From: Demequinaceae bacterium
GTDB lineage: Bacteria; Actinomycetota; Actinomycetes; Actinomycetales; Demequinaceae
Length of the DNA: 32,000 bases
Direction: 5' to 3'
NCBI GenBank assembly: GCA_965250005.1
Contig: OZ252279.1
Span: 960,001-992,000 of the forward strand
Position 1 is the stretch's first letter. Every line of letters starts with the position of its first letter. The translations under genes were made by a program, and so were the position numbers. The notes beneath the pieces were generated by a model. That model saw only the letters and a list, made by a program, of their open reading frames with translations. It was not told where the DNA came from and did not search any database. Shown piece by piece: positions 20,801-29,433 of this stretch.

Positions 20801-21758
20801 CGTGCGGCTCGCCGGACAAGACTCGCGCCGAGGAACGTTTGTCCAGCGCCATGCGCTCTTCCATGACCGCGCCAAGGGAACCGAGTGGACTCCCCTGCTG
20901 TATCTCACCAAAGATCAGGCGCGCTTCCAGGTGATCGATTCGCCCCTGAACGAATTTGCAGCGCTCGGCTATGAGTACGGCTACAGCGTTGAGCGCCCCG
21001 ACGCGCTCGTGCTGTGGGAGGCGCAGTTCGGAGACTTCGTCAACGGCGCGCAGACAATCATCGACGAATTCGTTTCTTCCGCAGAACAGAAGTGGGCGCA
21101 GTCCTCGTCCGTGGTCTTGCTGCTTCCGCACGGCTACGAAGGCCAAGGGCCGGACCACTCGTCAGCGCGAGTCGAAAGGTTTCTGCAGCTGTGCGCAGAA
21201 GAGAACCTGATCGCCGCGATGCCGTCAACCCCCGCGTCCTACTTCCACCTGTTGCGCCGCCAGGCGTACGATCGCCCGCGGCGCCCACTCGTAGTGTTTA
21301 CACCCAAGTCGATGTTGCGGCTTCGCCCCGCCGTATCGGAAGTAGCGGACTTCACGTCCGGAACGTTTGAGCCGGTGATCCGCGACACCGTTGTTGATCC
21401 CGCCGCGGTGACACGCGTGCTTCTTTGCGCCGGAAAGGTCTACTACGATTTGGCCGCCGAACGCGAAAAGTCCGGGAACACTACGACAGCAATCGTCAGG
21501 CTCGAGCAGTTGTACCCGCTCGCAGCCGATTCGTTGCGCGCCATCCTCGAGCCCTACGCGACTGCCGAGGTGCGCTGGGTGCAAGAGGAGCCCGAAAACC
21601 AGGGCGCTTGGGGCTACGTCAACCGCCTGATGCCCTCCGCGATTTCGCGCCCGATCACGGTTACCTCCAGGCCCGCCTCTGCCGCGACTGCACCCGGCGC
21701 GAGCAGCCGGCACCCCGCTGAGCAGTCCGCGCTTGTCCAGGAGGCATTCGCGCGATGA
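17892..21758 (+). CDS. kgd: Multifunctional 2-oxoglutarate dehydrogenase E1 / E2-like succinyltransferase (Kgd/OdhA type)
   Basis: 1288 aa. E2-like acyltransferase domain ([20 protein letters not shown]...[16 protein letters not shown]) fused to an E1 domain ([69 protein letters not shown]). Confidence 0.95.
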   Translation: [1288 protein letters not shown]

Positions 21759-22339
21759 ACATATTCTTCATGGGTGACGAACTAGTCGGAGGCAAAGGCG
21801 ACCCGAAGGCGCTGGGCTGGACCGGTCGTGTCGCGGCGCGCACACTGACCGACGGCGAGAGCATCACTTTCCATTCACTGTCCGTACCCCTCGAAACCAC
21901 GAGCGAGATGTCCGGACGCTGGCAAGACGAGGTACTCCGCCGCGTGAAAACACGCGAACCCAGCGTGGTCGTTTTTGCCATCGGACACCATGATGTTCGC
22001 CGCAACATTTCGACCACGATGACTCGGCTCAACCTCGCAACGGCTATCGACCAGAACACGGGAATGGGCTTCAAAACTATGATCGTCGGCCCGCCGCCAG
22101 GGCTGAAGGCGGAGAACCAGGCGATCAGCGAACTCGCGGCGGTCTGTGCGGATAGCGCGGATCGACGCAGCATCCCCTACGTAGACACTTACGGGCCGCT
22201 CGTCGCACACGACCAATGGCTCACGGACATGGCAACGAGTTCAGACGGGCTTCCGGGTCAGGCCGGGTACGGACTGATGGCGTGGCTAGTGCTGCACTCG
22301 CAATGGCGCGAGTGGCTAGAACTGCCGCCCATCGACTGA
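21755..22339 (+). CDS. SGNH hydrolase-like protein, probably catalytically inactive
   Basis: SGNH-like architecture (MGDELVGGKGDPKALGWTGRV ... FAIGHHDVRRN ... SDGLPGQAGYGLMAWLVL). ATGA overlap with the kgd stop. Confidence 0.65.
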   Translation: MNIFFMGDELVGGKGDPKALGWTGRVAARTLTDGESITFHSLSVPLETTSEMSGRWQDEVLRRVKTREPSVVVFAIGHHDVRRNISTTMTRLNLATAIDQNTGMGFKTMIVGPPPGLKAENQAISELAAVCADSADRRSIPYVDTYGPLVAHDQWLTDMATSSDGLPGQAGYGLMAWLVLHSQWREWLELPPID

Positions 22340-22357
22340 GAGCTCAACACGAGGCTG

Positions 22358-23446
22358 CTAGGCGACTACGCCCGCGTTCTTGAGCGACACTGCGAGGTCG
22401 TGCGGCTTTGAGGCAATGGCCACTGCGTCCTCGTACGAGATGGTCTCTTGCTGAACCAACTGGAACAGGTGCTGGTCAAACGTCTGCATCTGGTAGTACT
22501 CGCCTTCAGCAATGAGGTCGAGGATGGGCGGTTGACTCGAAGGATCAACGATCGCTTCTGCCGTGCGGCCAGTATTGACCATGATCTCTGCGACCAGGGT
22601 CCGCCCCGTGCCGTCAGCCCTGCGCACCAGACGCTGCGAGACGATGCCGCGCAGCGTCTGCGCGAGCGTGGCTCGGATCTGGCCCTGCTCGTGCGGGGTG
22701 AAGAAGTCCACAATTCGGTTGACCGAGTCCTGCGCGTCGATGGTGTGCAGCGTCGACAGCACAAGGTGGCCCGTCTCGGCGGCGGACAGTGCGGCGCGCA
22801 CCGTCTCTGCGTCACGCATCTCACCGACCATGATGACGTCGGGGTCCTGGCGCATCGCCCCGCGTAGCGCGTTGTGAAAGTCAAGGGTGTCGGATCGAAT
22901 CTCGCGCTGCGAGATGATCGACTTCTTGTCGGTGTGCAACACCTCGATCGGGTCCTCGATCGTGATGATGTTCACCTCGCGGTGCTCGTTTATGAGGTCA
23001 ACCATCGACGCGAGCGTGGTGGTCTTTCCGGAACCCGTCGGCCCGGTCACCAGCACCAGCCCGCGTGGTTCAAGCCCGAGCGCCCCTACGACCTCGGGCA
23101 AACCGAGCTCGGACATCGACTGCGCGCCTATCGCCACCTGGCGGAATACCAGGCAGTCGGTGCCGCGCGCCACATACGCGTTGACACGGAAGCGTCCCAC
23201 GCCGGACAGTGAGAAGGCGAAGTCCGCTTCATGCGTTTCACGGAATTGTGCAACCTGGTCCTCCGGCAACACTTGCGCAACCATGTTGCGCGTGTCTTCG
23301 ACGCGAAGCGGCGGGACCTGCAGTTTGCGCAGTCGGCCGTCCACCCTGATGCGAGGAGCATTGCCCACCTTGCAGTGCAGGTCCGAGCCCCCGGTGCTCG
23401 CCAGAGCGTGCAAGAACGGAATGACTGAAACGGGCTGATCGCTCAC
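22358..23446 (-). CDS. pilT: Type IV pilus twitching motility ATPase PilT
   Basis: ALASTGGSDLHCKVGNAPRIRVDG, Walker A GPTGSGKTTTLASMVD, ITIEDPIEVLH, QREI, LRGAMRQDPDVIMVGEMRD, AAETGHLVLSTLHT. Confidence 0.95.
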   Translation of the reverse strand: MSDQPVSVIPFLHALASTGGSDLHCKVGNAPRIRVDGRLRKLQVPPLRVEDTRNMVAQVLPEDQVAQFRETHEADFAFSLSGVGRFRVNAYVARGTDCLVFRQVAIGAQSMSELGLPEVVGALGLEPRGLVLVTGPTGSGKTTTLASMVDLINEHREVNIITIEDPIEVLHTDKKSIISQREIRSDTLDFHNALRGAMRQDPDVIMVGEMRDAETVRAALSAAETGHLVLSTLHTIDAQDSVNRIVDFFTPHEQGQIRATLAQTLRGIVSQRLVRRADGTGRTLVAEIMVNTGRTAEAIVDPSSQPPILDLIAEGEYYQMQTFDQHLFQLVQQETISYEDAVAIASKPHDLAVSLKNAGVVA

Positions 23447-23547
23447 TTACCCTCCATCGGCATATCAAAGGTCCTACTTGAGGCTAACGGGTCGCTGGAG
23501 ATGTGGAAAGATGATGCACTGGCTTATTCGTCACACAAGGAGACAAT

Positions 23548-23622
23548 ATGAGCAAGCGTGGACGCAAGCGTAGGTCCCGGGCAAAGAAGGGCGCGAACCA
23601 CGGCAAGCGCCCCAACACCTGA
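23548..23622 (+). CDS. 24-aa bL37-like ribosomal protein (absent from the supplied ORF track)
   Basis: Translation MSKRGRKRRSRAKKGANHGKRPNT matches the pattern I recall for the actinobacterial 24-residue 50S protein bL37; strong aaggag ribosome-binding site about 6 nt upstream. Confidence 0.88.
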   Translation: MSKRGRKRRSRAKKGANHGKRPNT

Positions 23623-23641
23623 GAAGCAGTCCTGACCAAGG

Positions 23642-23673
23642 GCCGCATCGGCGACTAGCCGGTGCGGCTTTTT
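23642..23673 (+). terminator. Rho-independent terminator downstream of the bL37-like gene
   Basis: Stem gccgcatcgg / ccggtgcggc (one wobble pair), 7-nt loop, then TTTTT. Confidence 0.85.
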
Positions 23674-23691
23674 ATTGCCCCGACGCCCCTG

Positions 23692-23934
23692 CTAGCCCGC
23701 TGCGCGGGCTTCGGCAATGGTCTCCAAGATCTTGGCACGCAGCTCTGCTGGTGCGGTCTCTTGCGCGGTCGCGCCAACCAGCGCCTTGATCTTGACGTTG
23801 ACCCTGAGCTCCGCAGTGCACGGTGGGCAGTCGTTGAGGTGCTCGCCGATGCGGCTCAGGTCATCGTCCGGCAGTTCGTGGTCGATGTACTCGTAAAGGC
23901 GGTCGAGGGCCTCGTCACAGTTCTTACCGGACAT
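23692..23934 (-). CDS. rsrA: Anti-sigma factor, RsrA/RshA-type (zinc-binding)
   Basis: [39 protein letters not shown]: ZAS-type HxxxCxxC motif; coupled to the upstream ECF sigma factor. A GTG start at 23943 is possible. Confidence 0.88.
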   Translation of the reverse strand: MSGKNCDEALDRLYEYIDHELPDDDLSRIGEHLNDCPPCTAELRVNVKIKALVGATAQETAPAELRAKILETIAEARAAG

Positions 23935-24550
23935 CGCCGTCACCGCCCTTCTGCTTCGCTGCAGGCCGTTTGTCGCGAATGCCGCGCTCCGCGGCGTAAC
24001 CCGCAAGAAGCTCACGCAGCATCTTGCGACCACGGTGAAGGCGCGACATGACCGTGCCCACCGGAGTTTCCATGATCTCTGCAATTTCCTTGTACGCAAA
24101 CCCCTCGATGTCGCTCAAGAAAACCGCCTGGCGGAATTCCTCGGGCAACTCCGCGAGCGCGTTCTTAATATCGACGTCTCCCAGCAGATCGAGCGCGCTG
24201 TCCTCGGCTGATACAAGACCCGCGGACGTGTGCCCCGCGGCCCGGGAAATCTGCCAATCCTCAACCGTGTCCGCGTCGGAGCGCTGGGGCTCACGTTGCT
24301 TCTTGCGATACGTGTTGATGAAGGCATTGGTCTGGATGCGGTACAGCCACGCCTTGAGGTTGGTGCCAGGAGTGAACTTGTCTTGAGCCGCGAAAGCCTT
24401 CGCGTACGTCTCTTGAACCAGGTCCTCGGCGTCAGCGGGGTTGCGCGTCATCCGCATTGCGGCGGCGTAGAGGCGGTCCATGTATTGCAGCGCTTCGGGT
24501 TCGAAGTCGAACGTGGAGACCTCGAATGCGGTGGGTTTCATATCAGTCAT
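23924..24550 (-). CDS. sigR: ECF RNA polymerase sigma factor, SigR/SigH family
   Basis: [57 protein letters not shown]; [46 protein letters not shown]. Start placed at [11 protein letters not shown]. Confidence 0.92.
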   Translation of the reverse strand: MTDMKPTAFEVSTFDFEPEALQYMDRLYAAAMRMTRNPADAEDLVQETYAKAFAAQDKFTPGTNLKAWLYRIQTNAFINTYRKKQREPQRSDADTVEDWQISRAAGHTSAGLVSAEDSALDLLGDVDIKNALAELPEEFRQAVFLSDIEGFAYKEIAEIMETPVGTVMSRLHRGRKMLRELLAGYAAERGIRDKRPAAKQKGGDGDVR

Positions 24551-24763
24551 CGATACCGAGCCTAGCGGCGTATGTGGGGTGCGCGTATTCTTTCGCGGTA
24601 TGCGAATAACGCGCGTATCCAGGGCGAGGGCCATGGGATATGAACGACGCAGGCCGGCGCGGCATTCCCGTGGCTGCGCCGACGGCATGAACACAGCGCC
24701 AGCGGGGCGTCGGCGCTTCCGATGGTGCGCCCATCATTGGTAGGTTTGTCCACAGGAGGCGAT

Positions 24764-25183
24764 ATGTTCCTACGCGCTATTGCAAGGCCACTACTCGCGA
24801 CGTGGTTCATCTACGGCGGAGTGCAATCCATTCTTGACCCCGACCGTCGCGCCGAGCGCTCGGCGCCCCTGATCGAACCCGTGCTTGAAGAATCGGGGCT
24901 CGACATCGACATGCGCACGTTCGTGCAGACGCACGGCGCGCTCTCAGTGCTCGCTGGCGTCACGCTCGCCTTCTCAAAGACCCCGCGAACTTCCGCGCTG
25001 TCTCTCGCGGGCCTTGCAACCATCACCGCCGTCGCCGGCCGCCCATTCTGGATCGAGGAGGACGCCGAAGAGCGCAGTGCCAGTCGCGAGGCGTTCGTGA
25101 AGAACGTGTCCCTCCTGGGCGGCGCGCTCATTGCGGCGACCGCTGGCAACCGGCCAAAAAAGCGCAAGAAGCGCAAGCGGTGA
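24764..25183 (+). CDS. DoxX family membrane protein
   Basis: aggagg ribosome-binding site, MFLRAIARPLLATWFIYGGVQSILDP; HGALSVLAGVTLAFSKTPRTSALSLAGLATITAVAGRPFW; Lys/Arg-rich C-terminus. Confidence 0.8.
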   Translation: MFLRAIARPLLATWFIYGGVQSILDPDRRAERSAPLIEPVLEESGLDIDMRTFVQTHGALSVLAGVTLAFSKTPRTSALSLAGLATITAVAGRPFWIEEDAEERSASREAFVKNVSLLGGALIAATAGNRPKKRKKRKR

Positions 25184-26505
25184 CACCAGCCGAGGGCGCG
25201 CAGGGTGTGAGTCCTGGGCACGTGTGGGACGCCCCCGTCGCCTCGGCACCTATCGACGCGACCATCGACGTCCCCGGCAGCAAGTCACTGACAAACCGTT
25301 ACCTCGTGCTCGCGGCACTCAGCCACGAGCCGGTCACCATTCGCGGCGCGCTCCGCTCGCGAGACTCCGAACTCATGATCAACGCACTGCGCGCCATGGC
25401 TGTCGGCGTAGACAATGACGGTGACGACTGGTTGGTGGTGCCGGGCGAACTGCGCGGCGGAGTGAAAATTGACTGCGGCCTGGCAGGGACGGTCATGCGG
25501 TTCGTGCCTCCCATGGCCTTGCTGGCTGACGGCCCCATCACGTTCGACGGCGACGAGGCCGCACGCGCTCGCCCCATGGGCCCCCTGCTTGAAGCGCTCC
25601 GGGCGATGGGTGCCGAGGTGGACGACGCTGGCCGGGGAACGCTCCCGTTCACGGTGGTCCCTGCTGAGGACGTACCAGCGGCGGTCGACGTGGACGCCTC
25701 CGAGTCGTCACAGTTTGTGACGGGGTTGCTTCTCACGGCACCGTCCCTGCCACGCGGGCTCACCGTCCGGCACATCGGCGAGAAGTTGCCGAGCCTGCCG
25801 CACATCGACATGACGTGCGAAATCCTGCGCGCCGCGGGAATTCACGTCGAGCAACCCGACGAGCGCACGTGGATTGTGCACCCGGGTGAAATCACGCTCG
25901 GTGACGTGCGCGTCGAACCGGACCTGAGCAACGCGGGCCCGTTTATGGCCGCCGCCCTGGTGGCCGGCGGGACGGTTCGGATTCCCGGGTGGCCGGGCGA
26001 GACGACTCAGCCGGGCGCGATGTTCCCCGACCTGCTTACCCGCATGGGAGCAACCTGCTCGCTCGATGGCGACGTCATGTCAGTGACGGGAAACGGCACC
26101 GTGCACAGAATCGACGCAGACCTGTCGCCTGCCGGAGAGATCACCCCCACCATCGCCGCACTGTGCGCGCTCGCTGACGGCGCGAGCAAGCTGACGGGCA
26201 TCGGCCACCTGCGCGGACACGAGACGGACCGCCTCGCCGCGATCGCCACCGAGGTTGAACGCGTCGGCGGGGCGTGCCACGCTGGCAGCGACTCGCTGAG
26301 CTTTGGCGGGGAGCCACCGGCCGGGCTTACTGGCGCGATCATGGAGAGTTACCACGACCACCGGATGGCGACGTTCGCCGCGATTATCGGCCTGCGCGCG
26401 CGCGGCACGGGCGTGGTGAACGTGGGGACTACCGCCAAGACCATGCCCGCGTTCCCGTCTATGTGGCGCGGCATGCTCGGGCTTGAGGGCGACGGGATCG
26501 CTTGA
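25180..26505 (+). CDS. aroA: 3-phosphoshikimate 1-carboxyvinyltransferase (EPSP synthase)
   Basis: DVPGSKSLTNRYLVLAALS, CGLAGTVMRFVPPMALL, FDGDEAARARPMGPLLEALRAMG, LRGHETDRLAAIATE, MESYHDHRMATFAAI. Confidence 0.96.
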   Translation: MTPAEGAQGVSPGHVWDAPVASAPIDATIDVPGSKSLTNRYLVLAALSHEPVTIRGALRSRDSELMINALRAMAVGVDNDGDDWLVVPGELRGGVKIDCGLAGTVMRFVPPMALLADGPITFDGDEAARARPMGPLLEALRAMGAEVDDAGRGTLPFTVVPAEDVPAAVDVDASESSQFVTGLLLTAPSLPRGLTVRHIGEKLPSLPHIDMTCEILRAAGIHVEQPDERTWIVHPGEITLGDVRVEPDLSNAGPFMAAALVAGGTVRIPGWPGETTQPGAMFPDLLTRMGATCSLDGDVMSVTGNGTVHRIDADLSPAGEITPTIAALCALADGASKLTGIGHLRGHETDRLAAIATEVERVGGACHAGSDSLSFGGEPPAGLTGAIMESYHDHRMATFAAIIGLRARGTGVVNVGTTAKTMPAFPSMWRGMLGLEGDGIA

Positions 26506-27536
26506 GCCCCACGGATTACAGTCGCTACGACGAGTCGGACGCCAAGGTGCGTCCTACCGGTCGCGGCTCACGCCCACGCTCCAAGCAGCGGCCCGAACAC
26601 AACAACTCAATTCCCGGAACAGTCATCGGCGTGGACCGCGGGCGCTTTGCCGTCCGCCTCACGGACGGGCCCCAGGACGTGCGGGTGACGGCCGTGAAGG
26701 CCCGCGAGCTGGGCCGACGCGGCCTGGTGGTTGGCGACCGCGTTGACCTCGTGGGCGACGTCTCCGGCGCCGACGGCACGCTCGCACGGATCATCCGCCG
26801 CGACGCCCGCGCGCACGAGTTGCGCCGCACGGCTGACGACACGGATGACACCGAACGAGTGGTGGTGGCGAACGCCAACCAGCTCGCGATTGTGACCGCA
26901 CTCGCGGACCCTGAGCCGAACGCCCGCATGATCGACCGCTGCCTGGTCGCGGCGTTTGATGCGGGAATGCACGCCATCCTCGTTCTCACTAAGAAGGACC
27001 TGGGCAGCGGCGACGCCTTGCGGGCCGCGTACGAGCCCCTGGGTGTCACCGTGATCGAGACCTCCGTGATCGAGGAGACCGACGGCAGCGGCGATGAGGG
27101 CCTGCAGCGCATCCGCCAGGAGCTGGACGCGGGCACCACGGTGCTGGTGGGCTACTCCGGCGTGGGCAAATCCACGCTGGTAAACGCGTTGGTACCGGAT
27201 GCCGACCGCGCCACCGGCGGCGTAAACGACGTGACTGGGCGCGGGCGCCACACCTCCACCTCGATGGTCGCTCTCCAGCTGCCCTCGGGCGCGTGGATCA
27301 TCGACACCCCGGGTATCCGATCGTTTGGGCTCGCGCACGTGACGGACGAGCACTTACTGGCAGCCTTTGAGGACGTCGCCGAGGCTGCGGCGGGAAGCTG
27401 CCCGCGCGGCTGTGCGCACTTGGCCAAGGCTGATGGTTGCACCCTCGATGCCTGGGCCGACACGTCCGACCGCCGCGCGCGCCTGGACTCCATCCGGCGC
27501 CTGCTCGCAAGCCGCGCGTCGGGCGATGCGCTGTAG
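26502..27536 (+). CDS. rsgA: Ribosome small subunit-dependent GTPase A
   Basis: Circularly permuted GTPase: LTKKDLG precedes P-loop GYSGVGKSTLVNAL; HTSTSMVALQLPSGAWIIDTPGIRSFGL; C-terminal zinc-type cysteine cluster CPRGCAHLAKADGC. TTG start overlapping the aroA stop. Confidence 0.95.
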   Translation: MSPTDYSRYDESDAKVRPTGRGSRPRSKQRPEHNNSIPGTVIGVDRGRFAVRLTDGPQDVRVTAVKARELGRRGLVVGDRVDLVGDVSGADGTLARIIRRDARAHELRRTADDTDDTERVVVANANQLAIVTALADPEPNARMIDRCLVAAFDAGMHAILVLTKKDLGSGDALRAAYEPLGVTVIETSVIEETDGSGDEGLQRIRQELDAGTTVLVGYSGVGKSTLVNALVPDADRATGGVNDVTGRGRHTSTSMVALQLPSGAWIIDTPGIRSFGLAHVTDEHLLAAFEDVAEAAAGSCPRGCAHLAKADGCTLDAWADTSDRRARLDSIRRLLASRASGDAL

Positions 27537-27545
27537 CCTGGGGAC

Positions 27546-28340
27546 ATGAATCCAGACGGCCCGTACTCCAAGGATCTAGTGCTGGCGCTCCACATCGCCG
27601 ACGCGGTGGACCAGTTCACAATGGATGGCTATGGCACGCTCGGGCTGACCGTCGACACCAAGGACGACGACTCCCCCGTGACGGAGATTGACCGGGGCGC
27701 AGAGCAACTGATTCGGGACGTTCTAGATCAGCGGCGCCCCAAGGACGCGATCCTCGGCGAGGAGTTCGGCACCAAGGGCGGCGGCCCCCGCCAGTGGGTG
27801 ATTGACCCCGTGGACGGCACTAAGAATTTCATCCGCGGCATCCCCGTATGGGGCACGCTGATCGCGCTGCTCGACGAGGGCAAGCCCGTGATGGGCGTGG
27901 TGAGCGCCCCCGCTCTGGGCCTGCGGTGGTTTGCCTCAAAGGGCGACGGCGCCTGGAAGGGCCCGGACATTCGAAGCGCCAAGCGCATGCACGTGTCCCA
28001 GGTCAACCAGATCAAGGAAGCGACCATCTCGTACGCGAGCCTGGAGGGCTGGGAGTCCTCTGGCAAGCTCGACCCGTTCATGGACCTGATGCGCGATTGC
28101 TGGCGCACGCGGGCCTTTGGGGACTTCTGGAGCTACATGCTCGTGGCCGAAGGCGCGGTGGAGATCGCTACCGAGCCGGAGCTTGAGCTGTACGACATGG
28201 CGGCTTTGGTGACGATCGTGGAGGAGGCCGGCGGGCGCTTCACATCCCTTACAGGCGACCCGGGCCCGTTTGGCGGCAACGCGCTCGTGACGAACGGGCT
28301 GCTGCACTCAGACGTCATCAAGCGGCTAGCCAGCGCCTAG
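27546..28340 (+). CDS. hisN: Histidinol-phosphatase (inositol monophosphatase family)
   Basis: DAILGEEFGTKGGGPRQWVIDPVDGTKNFIRGIPVWGTLIAL and an IMPase-family C-terminus (ELYDMAALVTIVEEAGGRFTSLTG). Confidence 0.88.
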   Translation: MNPDGPYSKDLVLALHIADAVDQFTMDGYGTLGLTVDTKDDDSPVTEIDRGAEQLIRDVLDQRRPKDAILGEEFGTKGGGPRQWVIDPVDGTKNFIRGIPVWGTLIALLDEGKPVMGVVSAPALGLRWFASKGDGAWKGPDIRSAKRMHVSQVNQIKEATISYASLEGWESSGKLDPFMDLMRDCWRTRAFGDFWSYMLVAEGAVEIATEPELELYDMAALVTIVEEAGGRFTSLTGDPGPFGGNALVTNGLLHSDVIKRLASA

Positions 28341-28471
28341 GCACGCTCGGCAGCAACGTGGGTGGCCGTTTGGGTCTTTTCAAACGGGAGAACCTCCGGG
28401 CTTAGTGGTCTTATACAACGCAATCGCATTCCCGTCACCACAGGTCAAATTGGCACCAATCCCTGCACCAC

Positions 28472-28967
28472 GCCCTTTCGTTCGTGATCGACTGCTACTC
28501 GCGTGCAATCGTCGGCTGGCATACATCAATGTCGAAGACGACCCCGCTGGTGACCACGGCCCTGCGCATGGGTCTGTAGCGACGTGACCGTGACGGCAAC
28601 CCCGTTGCCGACGGGCTTGTTCATCACTCGGATGCGGGCAGCCAGTTCACCTCCGTCGCGTTCGCAGAAACTCTCGCGCTCGAGGGAATCGCCGCATCGA
28701 TTGGGTCCATCGGAGACGCCTACGACAACGCCCTCGCGGAGACCACGATTGGCCTGTTCAAGAATGAAGCCATCAGGGCCGACTCACCATTCCGAAACGG
28801 ACCTCTGCGCCACCTCGAAGACGTCGAATGGGTCACCATGGCGTGGATCGACTGGTACAACCAACACCGCCCGACTCCACGAAAACCTCGGCCACCGCAC
28901 CCCAGCCGAAATCGAAACCGAGCACTACGCTCAAACCCAGAGGGCATCAGCCCTCACAACCACCTAG
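28472..28967 (+). pseudogene. Degenerate IS3-type (orfB-like) transposase remnant
   Basis: Transposase-like peptides spread over all three plus frames: ALSFVIDCYSRAIVGWHTSMSKTTPLVTTALRMGL*; LVHHSDAGSQFTSVAFAETLALEGIAASIGSIGDAYDNALAETTIGLFKNEAI...VTMAWIDWYNQHR; then RLHENLGHRTPAEIETEHYAQTQ. Confidence 0.85.
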
Positions 28968-28986
28968 GAACGAAACCCAGGCCAAA

Positions 28987-29253
28987 TCAAAGCGCCACAA
29001 CCGCGACAGTTGGCGTGCGCTGCGACAGGTCCTCAACAGGCTGACCCGACTCCATGGCCAACATCTGCGCCGCGTACGGGGACGAAGCTTTCGACTCGGG
29101 CAGGACGGTGGCCGCATCGGCCAAGGACTGCTCCGTAGGCGCCTCAGAAGGCTTCGCGCCTACAGCACTTGACGCAGCCACGCCCGCCAGAACAAGCCCA
29201 GCCACCCCCGCCGCCAGCGCACGCACGCCACCATTCGATCGCGAAAACGTCAT
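28987..29253 (-). CDS. Small putative secreted protein
   Basis: 88 aa with a signal-like N-terminus MTFSRSNGGVRALAAGVAGLVLAGVAASSAVGA. No recognised domain. Confidence 0.4.
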   Translation of the reverse strand: MTFSRSNGGVRALAAGVAGLVLAGVAASSAVGAKPSEAPTEQSLADAATVLPESKASSPYAAQMLAMESGQPVEDLSQRTPTVAVVAL

Positions 29254-29433
29254 CCCTGCCCCGCTCCGAACCCGAACTCCCCCCAAGGGACGCCCTGGCC
29301 CTGTCACCAACAATGTGAACTAGGTCACTCGCAAACTAGCGGGTCCGCACAAGCACCGCAACATTTAGGGGAAAACACTCCCACCGCAGGCGATCTAGTA
29401 GCCGAGGCGCATTCACGTCCTCGCCACATTCAC

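Noticed and set aside
19581-21158. 525-aa minus-strand ORF opposite kgd
   Set aside because: Antisense shadow frame of a strongly conserved gene; the product has no recognisable motifs. Typical of high-GC genomes.
28366-28387. Hairpin ccgtttg-ggtctttt-caaacgg after hisN as a terminator
   Set aside because: Only 7 bp with no downstream T-run; too weak to call.
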